This document shows positions 16,858 to 25,446 of a stretch of DNA of 64,000 bases, in pieces. Below the pieces are notes generated by a model. The model did no database searches and was not told the origin of the DNA. It worked only from the letters and a program-made list of their open reading frames with translations. Numbering within the stretch: the stretch's first letter is position 1; each line of letters opens with the position of its first letter. Origin of the DNA: a virus. The DNA is taken from IMG/VR virus record IMGVR_UViG_3300044684_000361, positions 1 through 64,000 of that record; one strand, written 5' to 3'. The translations under genes and the position numbers were made by a program.

Positions 16858-17412
16858 ATGGCGGATGTAACCGTTTCAGAAGGCGTAGTGGAAGAATTCG
16901 GCGAGTCGCAAAAGAGGAAGCCGAAAGTCAAGATCGGGGGGCAGTGGTATTTCCTGGGAAACACCCGCCTGGACGGGGTGGCGACCGGCGATAAGCTTTC
17001 GTTCGAATGGTCCACCTTCAAGACCGACGATATGCGCTATCCCATCAAGGTGCTGGAGGGGTGGGGGTTTGTCGCCAAGCAGGAAGCCAGATCCGCGCCG
17101 CCGCCCCCTCCTCCCAGTTATCCCCCACAGCAGGGAGGAGGGGGAAATTGGCAAGCGGGCTACCCGCAGGCGCCCCCACCACCGGGCTATCCACAGCAGC
17201 AGCCAGCATACGTCCCGGCATCCCCACCAGCGCAGCCACCCCCGACTCCTGCGTATGACAGTGATCAGCTGCGGCTGATCAGTAACTTCATGGCGGCGGT
17301 CGCGCCCAAGCTCGATAGGCCCGCCCAGGTCGGGGAGTGGTTCCGCGCCATCTCCTGCGCGGTGCGTGGACAGGAATATTTTGAGGAAAGGGTGCCTTAC
17401 TCATCACGATGA
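16858..17412 (+). CDS. Possible ssDNA-binding protein (OB-like N-terminus, P/Q-rich linker)
   Basis: Beta-rich aromatic N-terminal ~75 aa followed by a Pro/Gln low-complexity stretch. Confidence 0.4.
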   Translation: MADVTVSEGVVEEFGESQKRKPKVKIGGQWYFLGNTRLDGVATGDKLSFEWSTFKTDDMRYPIKVLEGWGFVAKQEARSAPPPPPPSYPPQQGGGGNWQAGYPQAPPPPGYPQQQPAYVPASPPAQPPPTPAYDSDQLRLISNFMAAVAPKLDRPAQVGEWFRAISCAVRGQEYFEERVPYSSR

Positions 17413-17756
17413 TCGTCCTTCCGGGGGAGCAAGGGGTGATCGATTTTCTCTTTGTGTGTAGCCAGAACTACCAGCGTAGCCCCACGGCCGAGCACGTGGC
17501 GCGTGCGCTTGGCTACCTGGCGGATAGCGCAGGCTCGGATCGCCCCTGTGCAGGGCGGCCACTGACGCCAGCGGCAATAGCGCGAGCCGATCGGATTGTA
17601 TGCATGGAGGAATGCCATGCGCAGGCTGTCGCAAGAATGGTTCCTGCCCGCGCTCAGGATATCGAGGTGTGGCACATCTCAGATGAGTACGAATACTGCG
17701 CGCCGGAACTGATCCGGCTCATCCAAGAGCGTCTAGGAGCAAAAGATGTGGGTTGA
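17409..17756 (+). CDS. Low-molecular-weight protein tyrosine phosphatase family protein
   Basis: FLFVCSQNYQRS P-loop (CX5RS), SAG, ADRIVCME, ISDEY. Confidence 0.85.
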   Translation: MIVLPGEQGVIDFLFVCSQNYQRSPTAEHVARALGYLADSAGSDRPCAGRPLTPAAIARADRIVCMEECHAQAVARMVPARAQDIEVWHISDEYEYCAPELIRLIQERLGAKDVG

Positions 17757-18339
17757 AAGAAGTCCGCGCCGGTTTGATTTCTGTGGCTGCCCTCCGTGTG
17801 GCCTGTGCTATGTCTGGGTGGATGAGGCCCCGCCTGATGCCGTGACCACGAAAAAACCGACCTTCGAGGAGCAGATGATCGCGCTCTATGGCGCGGACAA
17901 GCCCCGCCCTGCCACTCCCGAGGAGTATGAATTGGCTCATGCGTATCGAGCCAAGGCGCGCAAGGAGTTCGATGACAAGATCGATGCCATGATGCGCAAG
18001 CAGGATGAGGAACAAGGGTGGCAACGCTTCCTCGCCCAGAAGCCAAGGAAGGTTACGGTGTACAAACCTCTGAATGCGGTCACGTTGGATTCCATCGGAG
18101 GCGAGGAGTTGGAGCGACGGATCGCAGCCGAGCAGGGAAAGAAGCAAGAACAGAAAGTTGAGCAGCAGCAAGCATCCAGGCCTTTTCCTGCCCAGCAGAC
18201 TATGCAGAGACAAATGCAGAGCGTCGCGATCGGAGTCTTGGGTGGCGGGGCTTCCCCTGCCTGTGGAACGACGCGCTATGACTATCAGAGCGACAGGATG
18301 CAGGTGTGGGATGGATACCGGTGGGTCCCGCAGTACTGA
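17746..18339 (+). CDS. Hypothetical protein
   Basis: ORF in the operon. Confidence 0.55.
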   Translation: MWVERSPRRFDFCGCPPCGLCYVWVDEAPPDAVTTKKPTFEEQMIALYGADKPRPATPEEYELAHAYRAKARKEFDDKIDAMMRKQDEEQGWQRFLAQKPRKVTVYKPLNAVTLDSIGGEELERRIAAEQGKKQEQKVEQQQASRPFPAQQTMQRQMQSVAIGVLGGGASPACGTTRYDYQSDRMQVWDGYRWVPQY

Positions 18340-18345
18340 AATAAG

Positions 18346-18373
18346 TTGATTCGTGTACAGATACCTGTACACT
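18346..18373 (+). promoter_or_regulatory. Promoter with perfect operator GTGTACAG-ATAC-CTGTACAC (18353-18372)
   Basis: TTGATT-16 bp-TACACT; palindrome in the intergenic gap. Confidence 0.75.
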
Positions 18374-18409
18374 TTGCGCGCGCGGATTGTTATTTCTTTA
18401 TAGGAGGAA

Positions 18410-19876
18410 ATGCACTTGTCAGAAACACTACAGAACGTCGGCCGCAAGCTGGTGGCGGACGTGGAGCGTACTGGCGATAAGATCATCATCCCAAGCGGGG
18501 TGACAATCGATCAGGTCATCGACCTGCTCAATCGCCGCAAGAAGTTCGAGGAAGAAGAGACCGTCATCCGCCGCACTTTTCCGGTGTTCCCGCTGGATGG
18601 TGCCGTGGCGCTCGATCGCGCGCTGAACTCTCTTTACGGCTGGGCCCCGGCGATCGCAACGCCCGGCTTCTTCACCAGTAACCCACCGCAGCTCATTCAG
18701 GTGAACGTGGGTCCCAATGAGGTGAAGTCTGTCCCCTGGGGACGCTTCAAGCTGCCCAATGTCGAGGGCCACGTGGATACCTCGATCGATCGCGGCGACA
18801 GCGGCTGCCTCGTATTTCAGGTCGTGGCGACCGTGAAGCGCAAGAATGAGCCCGAGATCAACAAGCTCTTCGAGGTGATCGGCCAGGAGATCAAGGCGCA
18901 CAGCATCTACCGGGGGAAGGCGATCAAGATCCGCTTCCGCGACGATGAGGGTGAGCCGCTGCCCATGCCGAAGCCTGTCTTCTTGGATACTTCGTACATC
19001 AGAGAGGACCAGCTGGTGTATTCCCGCCATGTGATGGATGCGGTGAACACCAATCTCTTTACGCCGATCCGGCGTGCCGCCGACTGCATCCGCAATAAGA
19101 TCCAGTTGAAACGCGGTGTGATCCTGGGTGGTGTGTATGGCACCGGCAAGACCCTCGCGGCAGCAGTCGCGAGTAAGATCGCGGTCGAGACCGGCATCAC
19201 GTACGTCTATGCGGAACGCGCCGATGAACTCAAGGACGCCTTGGAATTTGCCAAACAGTATCAGTCGCCGGCTTCCGTGGTGTTCGTTGAGGATATCGAC
19301 CGGGACATCACTGGCGAGCGCACCCATGAGATGGATGCCGTCCTCAATACCATCGATGGGGTGGACGGCAAGCACCATAACATCATCGTGGTGCTCACCA
19401 CGAACGCCCTGGATAAGGTCCACAAGGCCATGCTTCGCCCTGGGCGCTTGGATGCGGTGATCAATATCACTCCTCCGGATGCAGAGGCCGTTGCTCGCCT
19501 CATCGTCAATTACGGTGGTGGCTTGATCCGCAAGGATGCCAACCTGACTGAGGTGGGTAAGGTTCTGGATGGCCAGATCCCTGCCGTGATCGCGGAAGTG
19601 GTGAAACGAGCCAAGCTCTCGCAGTTGGCGATCCAGCCAGAGGGCACCGAACTGAACGAGATTACCCCAACGGCCCTTCTGGAGGCGGCGCACACCATGG
19701 CGATGCAGATCGATCTGCTGCGCGGTGAGCAGCCTCGCAAGGATCACTCCTCGCTGGAGGAACGCATCATCAAGGTCATTCAGGATGGGCTGTCGGAGAC
19801 GGGCACGGTCACCGAGGAGACCCAGGGTCGTTTGCGCAAGCTCGACAAGGACATTCGCCAACGGCTGGAGATGTAA
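18410..19876 (+). CDS. Classic-clade AAA ATPase
   Basis: RGVILGGVYGTGKT, VFVEDID, LTTN, second region of homology MLRPGRLD. Confidence 0.9.
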   Translation: MHLSETLQNVGRKLVADVERTGDKIIIPSGVTIDQVIDLLNRRKKFEEEETVIRRTFPVFPLDGAVALDRALNSLYGWAPAIATPGFFTSNPPQLIQVNVGPNEVKSVPWGRFKLPNVEGHVDTSIDRGDSGCLVFQVVATVKRKNEPEINKLFEVIGQEIKAHSIYRGKAIKIRFRDDEGEPLPMPKPVFLDTSYIREDQLVYSRHVMDAVNTNLFTPIRRAADCIRNKIQLKRGVILGGVYGTGKTLAAAVASKIAVETGITYVYAERADELKDALEFAKQYQSPASVVFVEDIDRDITGERTHEMDAVLNTIDGVDGKHHNIIVVLTTNALDKVHKAMLRPGRLDAVINITPPDAEAVARLIVNYGGGLIRKDANLTEVGKVLDGQIPAVIAEVVKRAKLSQLAIQPEGTELNEITPTALLEAAHTMAMQIDLLRGEQPRKDHSSLEERIIKVIQDGLSETGTVTEETQGRLRKLDKDIRQRLEM

Positions 19877-19971
19877 AGACACTCCTGGGGATTAGCTTTA
19901 TTCGAGTGTCGCACTGGACCGCCCGGAGGAGGCCCCAGCTCCGGGCCGTTCCAAGAGAGAGGACAACAACC

Positions 19972-20151
19972 TTGTCATTGTCTGAGGAACTGGTTCATTT
20001 TCGATATCCACTCCCTGTCTGGGCAGCCATGCGGGATCGGGAGATGACTGCCGCCTTGATCAAGGCCGAAGAAGAACATCTGGCCTATCGGCGATTTCGT
20101 ATCGGATTGGCTCATATCTTCGCGATGCCTCAAAGATTGGAGAAACGCTGA
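19972..20151 (+). CDS. Hypothetical protein
   Basis: TTG start after GAGAGGA. Confidence 0.35.
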   Translation: MSLSEELVHFRYPLPVWAAMRDREMTAALIKAEEEHLAYRRFRIGLAHIFAMPQRLEKR

Positions 20152-20484
20152 ATGCCTGCTTACCTTGTCACGAATCGTGAAACCGGCTCCCGCGATCTGG
20201 TGGTGGCTGATACGCCCGCACAGGCTCTTCGTTTTATCTCGGAACGGGTGTTGACCGTGTCTACCCTGAAGGGTGAGGACGTGGCTATCCTTGTTGCGGA
20301 GGGGCTTGCTCCTCAGAACGCCAGGAAGGCACAAAAGGAGATGGACTTGACGCCGCCTCCTGCTGGGCCCACGACGTACCTGCCGATGTACACGCATAAG
20401 ACGGGCTGCGCGGCCGATCCCTGGACCCCGATAGGCCAGAAAGATTGCCGCTGTATGAAGCTCGATATCCCTACGGTGATGTAA
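20152..20484 (+). CDS. Hypothetical protein
   Basis: YLV...LVVADTPAQALR pattern. Confidence 0.55.
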   Translation: MPAYLVTNRETGSRDLVVADTPAQALRFISERVLTVSTLKGEDVAILVAEGLAPQNARKAQKEMDLTPPPAGPTTYLPMYTHKTGCAADPWTPIGQKDCRCMKLDIPTVM

Positions 20485-20567
20485 GCCCCGTCAGGGGCGC
20501 AAGAAGAATTTCTTTATAGGAGGACGCAACCGATGAAGTATGACCTGCACACAAGGGGCGGGAAGCC

Positions 20568-20765
20568 ATGGGCGAAAGTTCTCCAGAGACCGAGGCCATT
20601 CAACACGGGATACGCAGCACGTATGTCAATCTGAAGTGTCGCTGCGCGACCTGTAAGAAGGCCAATTGTGACTACATGCGCCCCTACATGAACGAGTGGA
20701 AGCACAAGCGTTCACCACGGGGGTATCCACAGAAACGTAACCGCAAGGGGAATAATGATGGATGA
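20568..20765 (+). CDS. Small Cys/His-rich protein
   Basis: HG..STY...KCRC..C motif. Confidence 0.5.
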   Translation: MGESSPETEAIQHGIRSTYVNLKCRCATCKKANCDYMRPYMNEWKHKRSPRGYPQKRNRKGNNDG

Positions 20766-20786
20766 ACTTCAACTTCTGCAGACCGC

Positions 20787-21098
20787 ATGATTCGGGAGAC
20801 GTTGATGGCTGACGACAAGAATCTCCGGCCTCTCTATTCGCATCTGTACTTCGTGCAAAATGAGACCGATAGTCGAATGGAGATGCGGATCATGATCCCG
20901 GAGGTCTTCGGCAAGGATGCCGAAGATTATCGCGTGATGTGTTCCATTCCCATCTCTCTCTATGAGATCCCTGGCGTTCCGCAGCTCTTTGCCGAGGCCG
21001 GCGCCAAGATCGCCCAACAGTATTTGGCGGTGGCCTGCAATATTCAGTTCGAGGGCGGGCTACAGACCGTTGTTGTAGACAAAAATCCCTCCAACTGA
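20787..21098 (+). CDS. Hypothetical protein
   Basis: ORF. Confidence 0.55.
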   Translation: MIRETLMADDKNLRPLYSHLYFVQNETDSRMEMRIMIPEVFGKDAEDYRVMCSIPISLYEIPGVPQLFAEAGAKIAQQYLAVACNIQFEGGLQTVVVDKNPSN

Positions 21099-21113
21099 CG
21101 AGGAGACAGTCCA

Positions 21114-21503
21114 TTGTATTTTGCATTGGGTGTGTTGAGTTTTGTAGTGGCGTTTCTCTTCGGGGTGGCGCTGGGGCAGGGGATGCATCGCAAGGAGGTG
21201 ATGGATCTGAAGCTGGAGATAAGCCGTCTTGAAAAGTACCGAGGGGCCTGGATTGATCAGGCCATGAAGTACCGCCTGGAGTTGCGTAAACTTCAGGTGG
21301 CTCTGGAACGGCGACAGAGAAAGATTGAGCGGTTGAAGGTCAGGATCGGGCAGACGGTGACGGACTTGTCCTGGCTGAATCGAAAGATTCAGGAAGATCT
21401 AGCCCCAACTCTACCGCCTCCTCCTGAGACAGCCTCGACCGCAAGCGGTCAATTGCCCCTTGAGCAATCCGCCGATGCAGCTCACAGCAGGGGCATTGGG
21501 TAG
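21114..21503 (+). CDS. Membrane-anchored coiled-coil protein
   Basis: N-terminal TM helix plus heptad repeats; AGGAG RBS. Confidence 0.6.
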   Translation: MYFALGVLSFVVAFLFGVALGQGMHRKEVMDLKLEISRLEKYRGAWIDQAMKYRLELRKLQVALERRQRKIERLKVRIGQTVTDLSWLNRKIQEDLAPTLPPPPETASTASGQLPLEQSADAAHSRGIG

Positions 21504-21542
21504 CGCAGGAGGCGATCCCGCGCAGCGCGAGGAATAGCTCCC

Positions 21543-21674
21543 TCACACCTTGGGCATCACCTTCTGGATCTCTTCTTTGAGGCTCCTTTCGATGTCGGCC
21601 AATTTGCCGGCCAGCTTCTGATCCGCAAGCCACCCGGCCGCGAAGCCGATCACGAAGATGATCACTGATGTCAT
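21543..21674 (-). CDS. Small membrane protein (43 aa)
   Basis: MTSVIIFVIGFAAGW; ATGA overlap with Rz. Confidence 0.5.
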   Translation of the reverse strand: MTSVIIFVIGFAAGWLADQKLAGKLADIERSLKEEIQKVMPKV

Positions 21675-22180
21675 GGGTAATGCCTCTGATATTCGCGAAG
21701 TTGGCTGCTTACTTGGTCGGCGCTCGCTCCAAGAGCTTGGAGCATTGCGAGTCGATCGAGGGAGACTGTAGGATCTCCCGCAGGCACTGACTGAAGAGGT
21801 TGGGCGGGGGTGCCGGGAGGCGCATCTCCGGGCTGGGCGGGGTGGGCCTCGGGCAGATCGGCGCTCCCACCGTGTGTATCGTGGCACAGCTCGCGAGCAG
21901 TGGTAATAGGATGCTGGCCTTGATAAGCGATGCTGTCTGCACGTTCTTTCGCATAAGCCGCTTCCGCTGCCTCCGCCCGCTGCTTCAATTGCTCGGTCAC
22001 CTGCGTGGCCGCGTCCTTCAGCTGCTGGAGGGCCTGATCATCGCGATGCTGCTGCTCGCTGACTCCTTCATCGATCAGGTGATGCTCCCACAGATGTACC
22101 GCAAGGGCCACCAAACCGATCATGATCACCTCCAAGATCCACCCCGGGATGCCGGTCTTCCCGATAAGCCATGCGATCAT
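21671..22180 (-). CDS. Rz: Inner-membrane spanin (Rz-like)
   Basis: N-terminal TM helix, periplasmic coiled coil, downstream of the endolysin. Confidence 0.75.
   Translation of the reverse strand: MIAWLIGKTGIPGWILEVIMIGLVALAVHLWEHHLIDEGVSEQQHRDDQALQQLKDAATQVTEQLKQRAEAAEAAYAKERADSIAYQGQHPITTARELCHDTHGGSADLPEAHPAQPGDAPPGTPAQPLQSVPAGDPTVSLDRLAMLQALGASADQVSSQLREYQRHYP
21709..21954 (-). CDS. Rz1: Outer-membrane lipoprotein spanin embedded in Rz
   Basis: Lipobox LLAS-C, Pro-rich mature part, fully embedded in another frame of Rz. Confidence 0.75.
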   Translation of the reverse strand: MRKNVQTASLIKASILLPLLASCATIHTVGAPICPRPTPPSPEMRLPAPPPNLFSQCLREILQSPSIDSQCSKLLERAPTK

Positions 22181-22190
22181 ACTCTATCCC

Positions 22191-22385
22191 TCACTTCTGG
22201 GTGGCACGCCAAAAGATCGCTGCCGCCCCGACGAGGCGCAGGACCGCATGCCAGTGTGGCCAAGGCAGGAGATCCTTGAAATCCTGTTCATAAGGGGTGA
22301 GATCCACGACCGCGAGCGCCCCCAGGATGGTGGCGACAGTTTTCTGTCCGTGAGCGGCCCAGTAAGCCTTGATCGTCTCGATCAT
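22191..22385 (-). CDS. Holin-like membrane protein
   Basis: Two hydrophobic segments, between endolysin and spanins. Confidence 0.5.
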   Translation of the reverse strand: MIETIKAYWAAHGQKTVATILGALAVVDLTPYEQDFKDLLPWPHWHAVLRLVGAAAIFWRATQK

Positions 22386-22810
22386 GAGGGTGCCTTCAAG
22401 GAGAGGTTAAAGATCTTCAGGAGCCGCCTGGACCAGCCTCTGGCATTGTGGGCCCAGTTCGGAAGGCTGGCCAGATATTGGATATGCTCGGCCTGGAAGC
22501 CGACTGCGAACTCCAGCGCAGGCAGGCCCGAATACATCTGAAGCCATCGCTGGGGATTGCCTCCATTGATGGCGCTGTCAAACACGAGGAGCGCCTCTGT
22601 CCAGGGAAGCTTCTCACAGCCATGGGTAGCCCAGTAGTCCCGCTGGTAGAGAAACTTCGCGCGCTCCAAGGTGAGATTCGCGATGTCCTCATTCGGGTAG
22701 CGTCGCTTGGATATCCCGTACTTGGTCTCGCCTCCGGGGTCTTGTGGATCGTTGACATAGCCGCCCTCGATCCCCACGACCATGGCGAAGGCGGCATCAA
22801 AGTAACTCAT
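22382..22810 (-). CDS. GH108 endolysin (N-acetylmuramidase)
   Basis: EGGYVNDPQDPGGETKYGI; GWSRR. Confidence 0.9.
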   Translation of the reverse strand: MSYFDAAFAMVVGIEGGYVNDPQDPGGETKYGISKRRYPNEDIANLTLERAKFLYQRDYWATHGCEKLPWTEALLVFDSAINGGNPQRWLQMYSGLPALEFAVGFQAEHIQYLASLPNWAHNARGWSRRLLKIFNLSLKAPS

Positions 22811-22980
22811 GGCCTTTGCCTTTGTAGGTTATTTCGTTCCAGCGTTTTCCTTCGACTAGCCACTCCTGCCTGATGATGACATTTCATGCAAACGTGGCTT
22901 ACTTTGTTCTCTTCCGGTTTGAACCGGAAAAAAGCCGCTATATCTTTCTCTTTCCAACATTTGCGACAGATCAGCCTCAT
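22807..22980 (-). CDS. 57-aa double-CxxC protein (MRLICRKC...CMKC)
   Basis: Translated by hand; ATGA overlaps on both sides. Confidence 0.55.
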   Translation of the reverse strand: MRLICRKCWKEKDIAAFFRFKPEENKVSHVCMKCHHQAGVASRRKTLERNNLQRQRP

Positions 22981-23153
22981 TTCTTGGTGTTACTCGTGTA
23001 ATAGCGATAACTCGCCCGAGCCACAATCAGACCCGCCACGGACAGCGCAATCCGCAGGATCATGTCAACCGCAGGTAACCAACTCACAATCGCTGCTGCC
23101 CCCGTGAATGTCAATCCAATTGCTGCGAGCCAGTGGCGGATGTGGTCCATCAT
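22977..23153 (-). CDS. Holin-like two-TM protein (58 aa)
   Basis: Two hydrophobic helices, basic C-terminus. Confidence 0.55.
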   Translation of the reverse strand: MMDHIRHWLAAIGLTFTGAAAIVSWLPAVDMILRIALSVAGLIVARASYRYYTSNTKK

Positions 23154-23491
23154 CGCAGCCCTCCGGTCATGGGCTGCTGTTGGCTCACTGGACTCCCTTG
23201 GGGCTTCGCTTGGGGCCCCAATGCCGAGATCTCCTTCTGGAGCCTCATCCACCATGAGCTGGCTGGTCCCCCAGATGCGTATTTCCCAGCGAGCTGTCGC
23301 CGTTTCTCGGACAAGGCGATGGCGATTGCCTGCTTGCGATCCTTGACGATCGGGCCCTTCTTTGACCCGCTGTGCAGTTCGCCATGTTTGTACTCGTGCA
23401 TCACCTTCTGCACCTTGCCCCCCACTGCATACTTCCTCTTCAGTCGAGTCAGTTGAGGACTCACCAGCGGACCCAGATTCGTGCTGTTCAC
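23150..23491 (-). CDS. DUF6496-domain protein
   Basis: KVQKVMHEYKHGELHSG....VKDRKQAIAIALSE. Confidence 0.75.
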   Translation of the reverse strand: MNSTNLGPLVSPQLTRLKRKYAVGGKVQKVMHEYKHGELHSGSKKGPIVKDRKQAIAIALSEKRRQLAGKYASGGPASSWWMRLQKEISALGPQAKPQGSPVSQQQPMTGGLR

Positions 23492-25446
23492 GGTTGCTCA
23501 CCTTGGTCTACCCCATACTTTTGGGCTAGCGCTGCCTGTGTGCCCTTCAGCGCCGCCACCCCAGCCCGTTGGTACCGAGGAGTTTTCGCTAACAAATTCT
23601 CCAGAGTCTGTAGGGCCTGGGCGGCCTGTTCCGGATCGGGAGAAGAAAGAATCCGCCCCGCCTGGGAGGCCACACCTTGATTCCACATCGAGCCACTCAT
23701 CATGCGGATGATCCCGTGGATGGCAGCGCCGGTCCAACTGTGGCGTAGTTGGGAGGCAATGGTGGCCATCTTGCCGATGTCTTCCGGAGTTGAATTCTCA
23801 AAATCCTGCGCCGCCTCCAGACGGCGGAAGGTCTGCGAGCCACTCAGAAGTTGCTGGTTATTCCTAAAGATCTTGCTCTCCAGCTGCAGACCCTTTACGA
23901 AGGTATCGAACTTGGATTGATCGTTGTCGAAGAGCGTGCGCAGGAGCTTCTGCTTTTCTGGGCCACCCAGGATATCGGAAGCGATGTTGGTGTTGCGACC
24001 GCTCATCTGGTATTGAGTGAGGAGCCGCTCAGCCACTCCCTGGCGCAGGGCATTCTTGGCTGACTCTGACAAGCCGGAAACATACTTTTGGGCCTGCCCT
24101 TGCGACATGTTGAAGAAGCTGTCCTTGCCGGTGCCCTTGCCGAACTGGTTTGCATCGATGACCTCTGAGTCATCCCCATAGGTCTCGGAGGCCTTCTTGA
24201 AAGAAGGGCTGATCTCCTTCAGACGATCTACCAGCTCGTTCTTGGCGTTCTTGAGAGCAGCCGCGAGGTCCCCTTCACCACCCTGGGCTCCCTGGCCTGA
24301 CTGAGCCCGGTTATAGAGCTGTCCGATCTTGGTGTTGAGAGCCCGCTGGAGGAAGTCGAGGCTGCGCACGTCGGGAGCGGTCCCGGTACGCACCCATTGC
24401 GGCTCTCCTTGAGGCGGCGGCAGGAGGTTCTCGCCTTGAGCCCCGGGGCGCGGCATGATCGATGGTGATGGAGCATAGATATCCGCCAGTGGCGGAGTGC
24501 TCTTGCCCATCCGGGCGTCCAGTGACCGGACCGAGGCATTCATCTGCTTCGCTTCCTGATAGACCCGTGCGATGTTCGGATCTTCCAGCAGATTCCAGAT
24601 CTTCTCATCCATGACGGGCTGAGGATCATTGCGTACCGCCTCGTAGTTGGCTTTGGCATTGCTGCTGCGGGCCTGGGCGAGAGCATCGCCAAACAAACCG
24701 GCATCGGAATTGGCCCCTAGCGCATCGCGCGTCATCTGCGGGACCCGCGTCTTGGTATCCGCGAGAGTGCCCAAGCGATCGGCTTGGATCGTCGTGGCTG
24801 CCCCGCCTGGCTTATTGGCCAATACCTCACCTGTAGCCCGGATGTTGGGCCCCACATCGGTGAGACGCATGGGGATACCTTCCTCATTCGCCGCCTTCAC
24901 ATCCTGAGTGGCCGCTGACCAAGGCCGATTGTCCTTCTCAAGGCGCGCCTGGATCTTGGCGAGAGCTTTGGCCGTATCCCCACGATTCATTCCGCCTGGA
25001 GCCGCAGCCGGATTGAAGGAAACATCCCCATAACCACCGGGGATCGGCATCTTGGCCCCGGCCAACATGGATTCCACTGCATGAGTTACCTGCTCTGTCG
25101 GAGTCTCCGGATGCGGCAAGACCTTGTTCATGTAGCCTGCGACAGCCTGGGAGGGGAGTTGCTGCTTGTATTTGTCAGGCAGAGCGTAGTTGAGCGTCGC
25201 CATCGCGGCATCGGGGATGATGTTAACCAGCTGATTGGCGGCGTCCGGAACCGCGCGAGCGGCCAATACAGCCTGCCGGCCATAGCCCCCTAAGTACTTC
25301 TGATCGAGATCGCGCAGCTGTTGCAGAAAGCCAGGAGACTGCTGCTGAGGCTGCTGTTGGGGTGCAGCTCCCACGGGTTGGGCCGAGGCGAGATCAAACC
25401 CCCCCTGGGTGACCGGCTGAGCAGAGCTGAGATCAAAGTCACTCAT
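23488..25446 (-). CDS. DNA ejection / internal virion protein
   Basis: Large helical A/Q-rich protein at the end of a podovirus tail module. Confidence 0.6.
   Translation of the reverse strand: MSDFDLSSAQPVTQGGFDLASAQPVGAAPQQQPQQQSPGFLQQLRDLDQKYLGGYGRQAVLAARAVPDAANQLVNIIPDAAMATLNYALPDKYKQQLPSQAVAGYMNKVLPHPETPTEQVTHAVESMLAGAKMPIPGGYGDVSFNPAAAPGGMNRGDTAKALAKIQARLEKDNRPWSAATQDVKAANEEGIPMRLTDVGPNIRATGEVLANKPGGAATTIQADRLGTLADTKTRVPQMTRDALGANSDAGLFGDALAQARSSNAKANYEAVRNDPQPVMDEKIWNLLEDPNIARVYQEAKQMNASVRSLDARMGKSTPPLADIYAPSPSIMPRPGAQGENLLPPPQGEPQWVRTGTAPDVRSLDFLQRALNTKIGQLYNRAQSGQGAQGGEGDLAAALKNAKNELVDRLKEISPSFKKASETYGDDSEVIDANQFGKGTGKDSFFNMSQGQAQKYVSGLSESAKNALRQGVAERLLTQYQMSGRNTNIASDILGGPEKQKLLRTLFDNDQSKFDTFVKGLQLESKIFRNNQQLLSGSQTFRRLEAAQDFENSTPEDIGKMATIASQLRHSWTGAAIHGIIRMMSGSMWNQGVASQAGRILSSPDPEQAAQALQTLENLLAKTPRYQRAGVAALKGTQAALAQKYGVDQGEQP

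Noticed and set aside
15301-18372. LexA/SOS boxes
   Set aside because: The half-sites are arranged ACAG-N4-CTGT, not CTGT-N8-ACAG
18428-19882. 484-aa antisense ORF
   Set aside because: Mirrors the AAA ATPase gene; a typical shadow ORF of GC-biased codon usage with no motifs
20149-20154. In-frame TGA-ATG junction as a read-through target of the UCA tRNA
   Set aside because: Similar stop-start abutments with TAA occur at 7408, 33049 and 43826, so it is not specific
21709-21954. Gene fully embedded in another gene as a novelty
   Set aside because: This is the well-known Rz/Rz1 embedded spanin architecture
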